Positions 1 through 9,825 of a DNA stretch of 64,000 bases are shown piece after piece. This stretch comes from Candidatus Omnitrophota bacterium (GTDB taxonomy: Bacteria > Omnitrophota > Omnitrophia > Omnitrophales > Aquincolibacteriaceae): assembly GCA_023247035.1 (NCBI GenBank), contig JAHFHG010000005.1:7515-71514 (forward strand), in the 5' to 3' direction. Position 1 is the first letter of the stretch. Every line of letters starts with the position of its first letter. The notes beneath the pieces are model-generated. The model searched no databases, was not told where the DNA came from, and saw only the letters and a list, made by a program, of their open reading frames with translations. Made by a program: the position numbers and the translations under genes.

Positions 1-43
1 AGCGGCTGCTTTCTTAATTTGAAATTTAAAAAGGGAGCGCCGA

Positions 44-82
44 CTTGCGAGCTTATCTTGCGAGCTCATCTTGCGAGCTCAT
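44..82. repeat. 13-bp tandem repeat x3 (CTTGCGAGCTYAT)
   Basis: Units at 44-56, 57-69 and 70-82, one mismatch, no spacers. Confidence 0.9.
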
Positions 83-305
83 CCGCCGGTTTCTATAAGG
101 AGCTCCGCCGTGTAAGTGAGGTTGCGCTGTTAGAACTCTCGAGAAGAAAGCTTGAAAAAAATCTTTAAAGGAAAGAGGGTCTTTAAGAAATTCCTGCGGC
201 TGATGAAAGAAAACTTAACGACGAAGCCTGCAAGGGATCTAAGAAATAGAGCCGCGCGGCAACCTGAGCGGCCGGCGCCCGCTCTCGCCTGCCGATTATC
301 CCCTT

Positions 306-1313
306 TTACTTTTTTGAGGCAAATATCCCCATCTTTTTAAACTTCTGATACCTTTGTTCAGGCAATTCTTTGCGCGGAATTGCTTTCAACTCAGCGAGGG
401 CCTGGCCAACAAACTTTCGCACGTTCTCGGCCGTTTTTTCAAAATCCCGATGGGCGCCGCCTAAGGGTTCGGGGATGATTCCGTCGATGACGTTCAACTC
501 GAGCAAGTCCTGAGCCGTCAACTTGAGCGCTTTGGCCGCATCAGGAGCCCGGCTGGTCTCCTTCCACAAAATCGCGGCGCAGCCTTCCGGAGAGATGACG
601 GAATAATAGGCGTTTTCAAGCACATAAATTCTGTCTCCCACAGCAATGCCTAAGGCCCCCCCGCTTCCCCCTTCCCCAATGATAATCACGACGATAGGCA
701 CTGTTAGTCCGGCCATTTCACGCAAATTATAGGCAATCGCTGCGGCCTGGCCTCTTTCTTCGGCTCCAATGCCGGGATACGCGCCCGGCGTATCCACAAA
801 ACAAAGAATAGGATGCCCGAATTTTTCCGCCAGCTGCATGATCCGGATCGCCTTCCGGTAGCCTTCCGGATGGGCGCTTCCAAAACTCCGGAGAAGATTT
901 TCTTTGGTGTCTCTTCCTTTTTGATGCCCGATAATGCAGACGTTTTCTTTCCCGCCCCAGCGCGCAAACCCGCAAACGATCGCCTTGTCATCGCTAAAGT
1001 GGCGGTCTCCGTGGAGTTCCATGAAATCCTCCGTAAGATACCGGACATAATCCAAAGTATACGGCCTGAGAGGATGGCGGGCGACTTGAACGCGCTGCCA
1101 GGGAGTCAGGTTATCGAAAATTTCTTTTAAGGCCTTCTCCAGTTTTTTTTCAGCGCTTTTAATCTCACCGCTTAGGTCGATCCCTTCACTGCCGGCCGCT
1201 CTCAACTCGTTGATCTTTTTTTCCAGTTCAATGACAGGGCGCTCAAAGGCAAGGCAGGTTTCCCAAATTTCCCTCGTGCCTAAACGGATTTTCTCTTTTT
1301 TGGTTTCAGCCAT
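306..1313 (-). CDS. accA: Acetyl-CoA carboxylase carboxyltransferase alpha subunit
   Basis: LTPWQRVQVARHPLRP, GHQKGRDT, DTPGAYPGIGAEERGQ, GEGGSGGALG motifs; alternative TTG start at 1346. Confidence 0.97.
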   Translation of the reverse strand: MAETKKEKIRLGTREIWETCLAFERPVIELEKKINELRAAGSEGIDLSGEIKSAEKKLEKALKEIFDNLTPWQRVQVARHPLRPYTLDYVRYLTEDFMELHGDRHFSDDKAIVCGFARWGGKENVCIIGHQKGRDTKENLLRSFGSAHPEGYRKAIRIMQLAEKFGHPILCFVDTPGAYPGIGAEERGQAAAIAYNLREMAGLTVPIVVIIIGEGGSGGALGIAVGDRIYVLENAYYSVISPEGCAAILWKETSRAPDAAKALKLTAQDLLELNVIDGIIPEPLGGAHRDFEKTAENVRKFVGQALAELKAIPRKELPEQRYQKFKKMGIFASKK

Positions 1314-1349
1314 TTCTTCCGCCTTCTTGTGTTTTGAATTTTTCAATGC

Positions 1350-2150
1350 TCACTTGGCAATCGTTACTTCCGTGTCTAAAGGAAGAAGGGAATAAAGCTC
1401 TTCAACATCTTCATTCAGCATTCGTATGCAGCCCAGAGAAACGTGCTTGCCGATGGATTCGGGTTCGAGGGTCCCGTGGATGCCGTATCCCTTAAGGTCA
1501 AAGCCCAGCCACCGGCTACCCAGCGAATTATCCGGGCTGCCGGAAGGCACAACGGCTCCAGTCCTATACCAAGTAGGCTGTTCGATCTTGTTGACGATTT
1601 TAAAAGTCCCCTCCGGCGTTTTATCTTCCGCTCCGGTCGCCACCCGGTAGCGCTTGACCGGCTTGCCGTCAATCAACAGGAATAACCGATTGCGCGATTT
1701 ATCGATCTGTAATGTAAAAACCCCCTGCACGATCTTCAACTTCATTCCCGGATATAACCAATCGGTTTTCAGGCCATTATTCCCTTTTATCAGGTCCGTT
1801 GTAGTGCCGTACTTCCTGGCCAACTCGTAAAGCGTATCCCCTTCCGCGACCGTGTAATCCAGTTCCTTGGCGTGTTTCGCCTTGGACAGAAGGAGTTTGA
1901 TTTTAAGGATTTCGTAATCTTTCCGTATTTCTTCAATCCCGTCCGGAGACGGCTTGGTTTGGTTTTTTTTAAGGATTCTTTCGTATATTTTTATAGCCTT
2001 TTGATACCTTCCCCGCTTTTGGAGATCCTTAGCCTTTTCAACAAGGGAGACGGGCTTTGCCTCAGGGGCATTGGCCGCAGCGCACAGGAGCGCCGTTAAA
2101 ATAACCGCCGCGCATCCCAAAAAAAACTTTTCGGCTCCTCCGGCCTTCAT
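1350..2150 (-). CDS. L,D-transpeptidase with signal/TM segment, TPR-like helix pair and LysM
   Basis: LysM YTVAEGDTLYELARKYG; YkuD motif GIHGT...SLGCIRM; ATG at 2150 overlaps upstream stop (ATGA). Confidence 0.92.
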   Translation of the reverse strand: MKAGGAEKFFLGCAAVILTALLCAAANAPEAKPVSLVEKAKDLQKRGRYQKAIKIYERILKKNQTKPSPDGIEEIRKDYEILKIKLLLSKAKHAKELDYTVAEGDTLYELARKYGTTTDLIKGNNGLKTDWLYPGMKLKIVQGVFTLQIDKSRNRLFLLIDGKPVKRYRVATGAEDKTPEGTFKIVNKIEQPTWYRTGAVVPSGSPDNSLGSRWLGFDLKGYGIHGTLEPESIGKHVSLGCIRMLNEDVEELYSLLPLDTEVTIAK

Positions 2151-2608
2151 GAACGGCCTCCGCAAAATAAATAAGCCATCAGAATGCCTAAAAAAGCCCC
2201 CGCGAATACTTCAACCGGAGTATGCCCGAACAACTCTTTAAGGCGCTGCTCAGGGACCTGGCGTTTTGCATAGAGTTCGTCCAGGATCTTGTTCAAAATG
2301 GAGGCTTGACGGCCGACGTTGCGCCTCACTCCCGCGGCATCGAACATCGTGATGATTGAAAAAATGAGGACAATCAAAAAAATAACCGAGTTAAATCCAT
2401 AATAAAGGCCGGTAACCGTCGCCAAGCTGGCAACCGTCGCGGAATGGGCGCTAGGCATTCCCCCGGTATTAAAGAGCCAGCGCACGTTTATCCGTTTTTC
2501 CCGCAGCCCTCCCCGGATAAGTTTGATGATCTGAGCGACAAGCCAACTCAGAAAAACAGCCGAAAAAGCGCGCTCCTCTGAAAAGGGGGAGGACAAAGGG
2601 GTTAGCAA
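2147..2608 (-). CDS. Divergent PAP2 family membrane protein (DUF212/YuiD-like)
   Basis: GGMPSAHSA, MFDAAGVRR, LKELFGHTPVEVFAG. Confidence 0.92.
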   Translation of the reverse strand: MLTPLSSPFSEERAFSAVFLSWLVAQIIKLIRGGLREKRINVRWLFNTGGMPSAHSATVASLATVTGLYYGFNSVIFLIVLIFSIITMFDAAGVRRNVGRQASILNKILDELYAKRQVPEQRLKELFGHTPVEVFAGAFLGILMAYLFCGGRS

Positions 2609-2648
2609 GTTATTGTTCTAGCGTACTTGAATGGATTGTGAGATGAGT

Positions 2649-2678
2649 TTGACAAAGGCGGAGTATTATGATTAAATT
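2649..2678 (+). promoter_or_regulatory. Putative sigma70 promoter for comM in AT-rich divergent intergenic region
   Basis: TTGACA 2649-2654; TAAATT 2673-2678 (18-nt spacer). Confidence 0.45.
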
Positions 2679-2759
2679 AGATAATATTTATTAATTTAAT
2701 ATATATCACCTATCGTGAAGGCATTATAAAAACCGTTTTTTCAAAAAGCAAGGTTTTTA

Positions 2760-4286
2760 ATGATCTCTACTGTTAAAAGCGCGGCTTGTTTAGGAATCCA
2801 CGCGTATCCTGTCCAAATAGAAGTCGATGTGGCCAGTGGTTTGCCTCAGTTTATCGTGGTTGGACTCCCTGATTTAAGCGTCAAAGAATCCCGCGAAAGG
2901 GTCCGGTCGGCTATAAAAAACAGCGGCTTCCCTTTTCCGGTGGACAAAATCACCATCAATTTGGCGCCGGCTGACATTAAAAAAGAAGGCGCGGCCTTTG
3001 ATCTTCCTATGGCGCTGGGTATTTTAGCCGCTCAGGGAATCATCCCGGCGGAAAAAATGCAGCCGCATACCTTCCTTGGTGAGCTTGCCCTAGACGGTTC
3101 ACTGCGCCCGTTTAAGGGAGCCATTGTGATTGCCTCCAGCTTAAAAACAGACTCCCAATCTCTTGTCCTGCCTTTGGAGAATGCCGAGGAAACCTCTTTA
3201 GAAAAAAATGTTTCTGTCTACCCGGCTCAGAACTTGCAGGAAGTCGTGCAGTTTCTGAACGGAGAAAAAACAATCTCTCCGGTCACGCATGAAGCGGTCA
3301 TTCATTCAAAATTGTCCGGCCAAGATTCGGTTGATTTCGCGGAGGTCAAAGGACAGCCTTTTGCAAAGCGAGCGATCGAGATTGCCGTTGCCGGAGGCCA
3401 CAACCTTCTGTTGATCGGTCCTCCCGGATCGGGAAAAAGCATGCTCAGCAGGCGGATCCCTACGATTTTGCCGCCGCTGGCGTTTGAAGAGGCGCTTGAA
3501 ATCACAAAAATTTACAGCGTGGCCGGACTCATCAATGGGCAAAACCTCATCTGCCAACGGCCGTTTCGCGCACCGCACCACTCCATCTCAGCCGTAGGCT
3601 TGGCCGGAGGAGGGAGCTGCCCGAAACCCGGAGAAATTTCCCTTGCTCACCGGGGCGTGCTTTTCCTCGATGAATTTCCAGAATTCCGCCGGGACGTCCT
3701 AGAAAGCCTGCGCAGCCCTATCGAGGAAGGCGAAATCACCATTTCAAGGTCCCGCTTTCAAATCACTTACCCTTCTTGTTTCCTGCTCGTCGCTGCAATG
3801 AATCCGTGTATGTGCGGGTATCTGAGCGATCCGAGAAAAAGCTGCCGGTGTTCTCTTGGGCAGATCCAGCGGTACCAATCCAAGGTCTCCGGGCCGATCC
3901 TGGACCGCATTGATCTTCACGTCGAGGTGCCGGCTCTCTCCTTTCAAGCCTTAACAAGCGACCTGCCCGAAGAATCTTCAGAAGACATCCGGAACCGGAT
4001 CATCCAATGCCGCGGCCGGCAAAACGAAAGGGGCCAAGGCCGTCCTTTTAAAGTCAACGCCTTGATGCGCGCAAAAGATATCCGTGAATTTGCAATGCCC
4101 GATCCGGAAGGAAGAAAGATGATCGAGATGGCTATGAAGGAGCTCCGACTTTCGGCGCGGGCCTATTACAAAATCCTAAAAATCGCCAGAACAATTGCCG
4201 ATTTGGCTGGTGAAGAAACCCTCTCAAGCGAGCACATTGCTGAGGCCATTCAATATAGAAGCCTAGACCGGCAGTGGTGGAGATAA
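2760..4286 (+). CDS. comM: YifB/ComM Mg-chelatase-like AAA+ ATPase
   Basis: VGLPD-SVKESRERVRSA, GPPGSGKSM, PFRAPHH, LFLDEFPEF, AAMNPCMCG, SGPILDRID. Confidence 0.95.
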   Translation: MISTVKSAACLGIHAYPVQIEVDVASGLPQFIVVGLPDLSVKESRERVRSAIKNSGFPFPVDKITINLAPADIKKEGAAFDLPMALGILAAQGIIPAEKMQPHTFLGELALDGSLRPFKGAIVIASSLKTDSQSLVLPLENAEETSLEKNVSVYPAQNLQEVVQFLNGEKTISPVTHEAVIHSKLSGQDSVDFAEVKGQPFAKRAIEIAVAGGHNLLLIGPPGSGKSMLSRRIPTILPPLAFEEALEITKIYSVAGLINGQNLICQRPFRAPHHSISAVGLAGGGSCPKPGEISLAHRGVLFLDEFPEFRRDVLESLRSPIEEGEITISRSRFQITYPSCFLLVAAMNPCMCGYLSDPRKSCRCSLGQIQRYQSKVSGPILDRIDLHVEVPALSFQALTSDLPEESSEDIRNRIIQCRGRQNERGQGRPFKVNALMRAKDIREFAMPDPEGRKMIEMAMKELRLSARAYYKILKIARTIADLAGEETLSSEHIAEAIQYRSLDRQWWR

Positions 4287-4482
4287 GAAGGAACAGAAAA
4301 AGGGTAAAGATAAATTTAGAGACGTTGATTCAGAAATGGAACGGAAAACGGAAATACGAGACTCAGCGCCAAGTCGTTCTGGAGGCCATTGAAAGGATTG
4401 CCGGATCCGCCTCAAATTCAAAAAGCCGGTCGGTTTCACCCGCGCTAAGCAAAGCCGACGTTTGCGGGATCCAGCCCCGGAA

Positions 4483-4854
4483 CTAAGCGGCCTTAATCAG
4501 GCTGCGGATCGCTTGGATAAGCTTTTCGGATTCAAAGGGTTTTCCGTGCAAGGCGTAGTTCCGTCCGGCTGTAACAGGGATGGGGGGCCGGTCCTGCACA
4601 AGCGCGGACAGAAAGATCACCGGAACGGAACGGTCTAAGAGGCCCTCGGCAAGCAGTTCATCGTAGACAAGCGGGCCGTTTTTATCGCCCAGCATAATAT
4701 CTAAAATAATAAGGTCGGGCTTTTCAGAAAAGGCGCGCATTCTAAACTCCTCTTCATTACAAGCGGTGAAGACCTCAAAACCTTCGGACGTCAGCTCAAA
4801 TTTGAGCAACTCGAGGAATTGAACTTCATCATCGACCAATAGGATTTTTGCCAT
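4483..4854 (-). CDS. Single-domain response regulator receiver
   Basis: ILLVDDE, PDLIILDIML, PVIFLSA, KPF. Confidence 0.9.
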   Translation of the reverse strand: MAKILLVDDEVQFLELLKFELTSEGFEVFTACNEEEFRMRAFSEKPDLIILDIMLGDKNGPLVYDELLAEGLLDRSVPVIFLSALVQDRPPIPVTAGRNYALHGKPFESEKLIQAIRSLIKAA

Positions 4855-4963
4855 TAAAGCCTCCCCCCTACGGTGGTTCTGATATAAATTTTAATACAAA
4901 ATGCGGTTTTTAAAATTAGCAAATTCTAACATTCCTTGTGTCTGATCAATCCACCGCCCAAAA

Positions 4964-5521
4964 TCACCTCTTCGAAAGACGTCCCGGGTCCGAGTGTTTT
5001 AAAATCCAGACCCCAAGCCATCCTCCCAATATTCCGATAAAAGCTCCCGCGGCCACATCCGAAGGGTAATGGACTCCTATAAAAATCCTGGAAATTGCGA
5101 CGATGAAAGCCGCCGGATAAACAAACCGGGCCGCCCGGCCATAAAAGAAATGCAGCAGTACGGCTGCGGCAAAGGCTGCGGCCGAATGCCCGGAGGGGAA
5201 GGAGTAGGTATCCGGACGGGCAAAGAGTGTCCGGATCACGATTTCAGGCGGAAAAAAATCATAAGGCCTGGGCCGCATAAAGGCAAGTTTGAGCCCGCCG
5301 GCGAATAAATAGACTATCGTCACGACAAGGGCGAAAGCAAGATAGTCCTTCATCCATCCCTTTTGCCTGGAAATCCACATCACGCAAAATACGACGCCCA
5401 GCAAAACTTCAAGCCGCCCCAATACCGTAGGCCAGCCCAATAAATAATTGAGCCACTCTCGATCGTTGAATCTGTTCATCCACAGGAATAATCGATGATC
5501 CAGGTCAAAAATCCAGTTCAT
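4964..5521 (-). CDS. PAP2-family membrane phosphatase
   Basis: K-x6-RP (KLAFMRPRP), SFPSGH, SRIFIGVHYPSD; start taken at MNWIF. Confidence 0.92.
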   Translation of the reverse strand: MNWIFDLDHRLFLWMNRFNDREWLNYLLGWPTVLGRLEVLLGVVFCVMWISRQKGWMKDYLAFALVVTIVYLFAGGLKLAFMRPRPYDFFPPEIVIRTLFARPDTYSFPSGHSAAAFAAAVLLHFFYGRAARFVYPAAFIVAISRIFIGVHYPSDVAAGAFIGILGGWLGVWILKHSDPGRLSKR

Positions 5522-5544
5522 GCGCCTCGCAAAGGAAATCGAAT

Positions 5545-6585
5545 TTACTTGGTGGCAATAAGCATCCAGGCCTTTGGACGAATGAGAATGCGCGGCCAAA
5601 AAGTGATTTTTTGGATGAACTGATAAAGAAATTTTTGAGCCCGCGCCCAGCGGGCGAAGCTTAATTTAGAGGAGGAATGGATCCCCCTTTTTTCTTTGCG
5701 GTCGATATAGTCATCGATAAAAGAAAACAAATGAATCTTCACTTTCCGGAATCCGCCCTGCCGCGCTCTCTTTTCCCACTGCGGAATCGTATAGGCGTTC
5801 TCATTGAATCCCTCGTGAATCGCTTCCTGCAGGGCCTTGCCGGATTTATCTTCAAAAACTCCGAAGGCGCATTCGTGGAGCGCGACCACCCTCCCGTTCG
5901 GACGGAGGACGCGGCGGAATTCATGAAAGAGTTTGGACAAATCTTTGCAGTGATGAATGACGGAGTGGGAAAAAATAATGTCGAAGCTTTCGTCCTTAAA
6001 AGGAAGCGCGCTCATGTCCGCGCTGAGCCGATCGAAATAGCTTCCGTCTTGCTCAAAATAAAGGTCGGCCGTGATCAAATAATCCGTCACATCTAGGGCC
6101 ACGACCTCGCAGCCGCGCTGGGCCATACGCCAGGAAGCCCAGCCGAAACTTGCGCCGACCTCCAGGACTTTCTCCCGGCCCGTCAATCGGAGGAGTTCCA
6201 AGGTTTCAAAAAACCGCCGGGCATTGCCTGCTTGATTTTCAAAGCTCCCGCCGGGCTGGAAGTAACGGCTCCCGTCGCCCGTGGGCAATTGAAGGAAAAG
6301 ATCTTTAAATTGCGTGATGGTCTGGCGGTTGATCGAATATTTTTCCCCGCTTTCTGTGGTAAGGTAGCCGAAAGATTCGGCGTGGTCCTTTTCGTGGGCC
6401 ACTTCCTCGGGCAATATGCCGAGCGCGTTCAATATTCCGTTCTCAATCTTGTAAATTCTCCGGCAAAAGCTGCACTCCAGAATGCCTTCCCGGATTTCGC
6501 GCTCATCTTCAAGCGTCACGGTAAGATTCCACTCGGACTGCCGGCAATCCAAACAGCGGAGAAATGCCAAAAGGTCTCTTCTCAT
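5545..6585 (-). CDS. Class I SAM methyltransferase with N-terminal Trm112-like Zn-ribbon
   Basis: CLDC...CSFC N-terminus; VLEVGASFG, ADMSALPFKDESFD, RVLRPNG. Confidence 0.85.
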   Translation of the reverse strand: MRRDLLAFLRCLDCRQSEWNLTVTLEDEREIREGILECSFCRRIYKIENGILNALGILPEEVAHEKDHAESFGYLTTESGEKYSINRQTITQFKDLFLQLPTGDGSRYFQPGGSFENQAGNARRFFETLELLRLTGREKVLEVGASFGWASWRMAQRGCEVVALDVTDYLITADLYFEQDGSYFDRLSADMSALPFKDESFDIIFSHSVIHHCKDLSKLFHEFRRVLRPNGRVVALHECAFGVFEDKSGKALQEAIHEGFNENAYTIPQWEKRARQGGFRKVKIHLFSFIDDYIDRKEKRGIHSSSKLSFARWARAQKFLYQFIQKITFWPRILIRPKAWMLIATK

Positions 6586-7040
6586 AAGACAAAATCCTTT
6601 TTACCCGGCTCCCAGTAAAAAAGATTAGACCCGTGCGCTTTTCCCTGGATCACGGAGACAACCAAATAATCGACGCCCGGGTAAGCGGGCTCTCCTTCAC
6701 AAAGGGCAATGCGCCGGTCTTCCTCTGAAAAATAAGCGCCGGCGTCGATGTGCGAATGATAAATCACGCGGATCCTTTCCTTTTTTCCGCGCATCTCCTT
6801 CTGGATCGCCAATAATTCCTTGGGCTCCATGAAATAAGCGGAGGCGGCCGTCCTCGGAAAATTCACGGGATCTTTTTGATGATATTCATTTTGGACGTTT
6901 CTGCAAGGCCGGAGGCGCGAAAATTTTTCCGGATTCCCTGCCGCGGTTAAGATCAAGCCGCAGCATTCGTTGGGGTATTCGCGTTCGGCCTGCTGAAAAA
7001 TCGGCGTTAAGAATTTTTGAGGAATCGCTAAACGCTTCAT
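6582..7040 (-). CDS. JAMM/MPN+ metallopeptidase (Mec-like, M67)
   Basis: YPNECCG and YHSH-x7-S-x2-D (HSHIDAGAYFSEED); ATG at 7040 overlaps cysM stop. Confidence 0.88.
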   Translation of the reverse strand: MKRLAIPQKFLTPIFQQAEREYPNECCGLILTAAGNPEKFSRLRPCRNVQNEYHQKDPVNFPRTAASAYFMEPKELLAIQKEMRGKKERIRVIYHSHIDAGAYFSEEDRRIALCEGEPAYPGVDYLVVSVIQGKAHGSNLFYWEPGKKDFVL

Positions 7041-7769
7041 TTCATCCACAACTGCGCGCTCAGATACTTGTCTCCGCCGTCCGGGAAAACAATCACGGCA
7101 ACTCCCTCGTCTAAGTTTTTCAGGGCCTGGAAAACCCCGTGGAGCGCTGCCCCCGAGGACGGGCCGACAAGCCATCCTTCTTTGGCCGCGAGTTCGCGCG
7201 TCCATTCGTAGGCCGGCTCGGTCGGAACGGTGACTTTCTCGTCATGAACCGCAGGGTCATAAATCCGCACCGGAACCGAGGAATCCATATTCTTCAGGCC
7301 TTCGATGCCGTGGAATGATTCCGGCTGGACCGCGATGATTTTTATATTTTTGTTTTTTTCTTTCAAAAAACGGCCGGCCCCCATCAGCGCGCCCAGTCAG
7401 AGCCTTTCAAGGGATCGGTATAAATGATCCTTGCCCCGTAAGCCTCAAGGATCATTTTGCGCTCGTAGCTTACATTTTTGGGCGCGACCAATTCAACAGG
7501 AAAAACCATGGCCGCTCCGATCATCGCGTAAGCAGTGCCGGTATTGCCCGAGGTGGAATCCATTAAGGTCTGCCTTTTCCGAAAGACTCCGGAACTCAAT
7601 CCCTCGCGGATCATCCGGTAAGCAGGCCGGGATTGAACCGCTCGGCTTTCGCGTAGATCTCAAGCCTTGGCGAGATTTCCTTCAGAATCCGGCTCAAGCG
7701 CAAAAGCGGCGTGCCGCCGATATGATCCAGCACGGAAAATTTCTTTTCAGCCGTAATCGAAGCGCGCAT
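7037..7769 (-). pseudogene. cysM: Cysteine synthase (CysM/CysK family) pseudogene with two internal deletions
   Basis: From ATG 7769: IGGTPL...YAKAERFNPG, then frameshift losing GSVKD; DSTSGNTG fragment 7384-7614; C-terminal fragment MGAGR...GPSSGA...FPDGGDKYLS 7037-7384. Confidence 0.85.
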
Positions 7770-8178
7770 ACCGCATTTTACCTAAATGAAGGCTGATTGT
7801 TAATGCCTATCTGACGGAAAGCCCGGGCCATTTTTCCCGGCGGCGGGAGAACCTTTTAGACGAATTAAGACGAACGGCGCCTTATTTGAGCATCATCCGC
7901 TTGAGCGTTTTCATTTTGAGGCGTTTTTGCGGCGGGAAAGCCGAAAAAATTTATTAAACGATTCGGCAGATTTCGTTCTATTAAAGAGTTCGAAACAATA
8001 TCCTTTTCAAGCTACGACGCGAATGAAAGACAACCGGTATATTGAAAAAAGAACATAAAGATCGCGAAAAAATCCATATTTGCCGGCTCCATATCGACCG
8101 GGAGAAGGCAGCATCAAAGGGTTTGTTTCAAAAATTAGTAATGCGGCTTCCGAATGAGTAAGATTATTTCGAAGCGGA

Positions 8179-9825
8179 TCAATCTTCGTGAAGAACGCCG
8201 GCAAGGCCTTTGCCGGCTTTGAGTTCCACAAGCACATAGGGGCCCGGCTTCGAAGAGCGGGGGCGGCGGGTGCGTATTAAAAGGTTGATTCCCTCTCCTT
8301 GGGCAAACCATGCTTCTTCAAGAGGGATCGAAGGATTTTGAGCCGTAAAAGTTTTGATCTTCCGGCCTCGTTTTCCTGTTTTTCGAATGACATCCACCTC
8401 GTAAACGGAACCGTCTTGAGGCTCAAAACCATATTGGACGGCAAGGTCTTTAAAGTTCAGATGATTCCCCTGCAGCTCAAACTGATCCAGAGGATTGGAC
8501 TCCCGGAACCAGTGCTTCGCGATCAGATCGCGCCTTTCGGTTAAGACTTTTGCCAAATATTCGGCGTCTCCGGCCCGGCTCAGCTCGCCGGCTTGAACGA
8601 TCATTTTAATATCTTCATCGGTGAAGGCCGTCATGATTTTTGCAGCCCAAAAGCCGTCTGCCCGCGAAAGGTCTTTAAACGGAAAATACGGAAGCTGGGT
8701 CTTATATTGGGAAGGATCAAAATAGCGGTTATCAAAATAGCCCACGGCCGGGGAGTCGTGAACTTTCTCGCCGGCCTCGCGCCACCTTCTCTGCCAGGGT
8801 TTTTCCCATAACCCCAAACTGAGAAAGGCCTTTGCGGCCGCCCCGTAATCCAAGAAATATTCATGCCCCATGGGCGGAATCTTCGGGCCCTCCGTGGCCG
8901 AACCTAAGGTCATATTAAAATCAATGAGGTAATGCTTCAAAAATGATTTTCCATTTTCCGTGACCAGCATATCCAGCGTATTGCTCTCCCGGACATCGCA
9001 ATTATTCAGCCAGGAGGAAAAAACCTGCAGGGCCCGTATCGAGCGCCTGTCTTTATGATCCACAGGATCTTCAGGATCGTTTTTACGCCTTTTTTGAAAA
9101 CTGAAACTCCCCTTCTTTTCGCCTTTTAAAATTTTACTCGCCGACGCCCTTAACCGCCCCTCGGAATCCAAAGGCAAAAAGAGGATAAACTCTTCCAATT
9201 TATCTGGGGTCAACTTTTTCTTAAAACCCGTGGAGTCGATCACCTTCGCGTTCGGGCCCGGCACGAGTTTCTCCGGCGGGAAAACGACGTTGGTGTATTG
9301 GGGGACATGATAACCCAGGGCGTGATAAAAACGGCTGGCAATGACTTCCGCGCCCGTGGTCAGTTCAAAATAATCCTGCGGATCAAATTTTAGTAAATAC
9401 TCATCGCCCCGGCTGTCCTGAATAAAAAATCCAGGGTGCAGCCCTTCAAATTTGCCGCGGACAATCGTCAAATCGCCGCTTAAATCCGGGCCGTCCGTTT
9501 CGCGCGGACCGTCCTTGAGCTCCTGCGCTGAAAGGCGCTCGCGCCCGTGCCGGTTGACAAAAAACGCGGAATCCGGGACCTCGTCGTAAACATTGACATC
9601 CTTGGCGCGGAGACGTTTGCCGAATAAGGCCCGGTAAAGCCGCTCGAGGTGAAGAAACTGGGTGCCTTCGTAATATAAGTTCTGGTCAAAAACATCGCGG
9701 TAAAGACCTGTTTGATTTTTTTTGAATTCCACGGTCTCCGAGGCATAAACCCCGCGGCAGAGGGCGAAAGAAAAAATCGCGGCAATCAACAAGATGGGCT
9801 TAAAAAGGCGCTCGCGTCTCAACAT
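8179..9825 (-). CDS. Secreted hypothetical protein with atypical (HipA/PI3K-like) kinase motifs
   Basis: Signal peptide ending GVYA|SE; YLLKFD, ELTTGAEV, WLNNCDVRESN, YLIDFNMTLG. Confidence 0.7.
   Translation of the reverse strand: MLRRERLFKPILLIAAIFSFALCRGVYASETVEFKKNQTGLYRDVFDQNLYYEGTQFLHLERLYRALFGKRLRAKDVNVYDEVPDSAFFVNRHGRERLSAQELKDGPRETDGPDLSGDLTIVRGKFEGLHPGFFIQDSRGDEYLLKFDPQDYFELTTGAEVIASRFYHALGYHVPQYTNVVFPPEKLVPGPNAKVIDSTGFKKKLTPDKLEEFILFLPLDSEGRLRASASKILKGEKKGSFSFQKRRKNDPEDPVDHKDRRSIRALQVFSSWLNNCDVRESNTLDMLVTENGKSFLKHYLIDFNMTLGSATEGPKIPPMGHEYFLDYGAAAKAFLSLGLWEKPWQRRWREAGEKVHDSPAVGYFDNRYFDPSQYKTQLPYFPFKDLSRADGFWAAKIMTAFTDEDIKMIVQAGELSRAGDAEYLAKVLTERRDLIAKHWFRESNPLDQFELQGNHLNFKDLAVQYGFEPQDGSVYEVDVIRKTGKRGRKIKTFTAQNPSIPLEEAWFAQGEGINLLIRTRRPRSSKPGPYVLVELKAGKGLAGVLHED

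Noticed and set aside
44-82. CRISPR array
   Set aside because: Repeats are 13 bp, directly abutting, with no spacers and no cas genes in the window
152-340. 62-aa plus-strand ORF
   Set aside because: TTG start, no recognisable motif, overlaps the accA end on the opposite strand
4274-4486. 70-aa ORF after comM
   Set aside because: No motif or convincing RBS; lies between convergent genes; cannot be supported
7770-8178. SAM riboswitch or small ORF (8007-8237) upstream of cysM
   Set aside because: No SAM-I core motifs seen; the ORF has no family features
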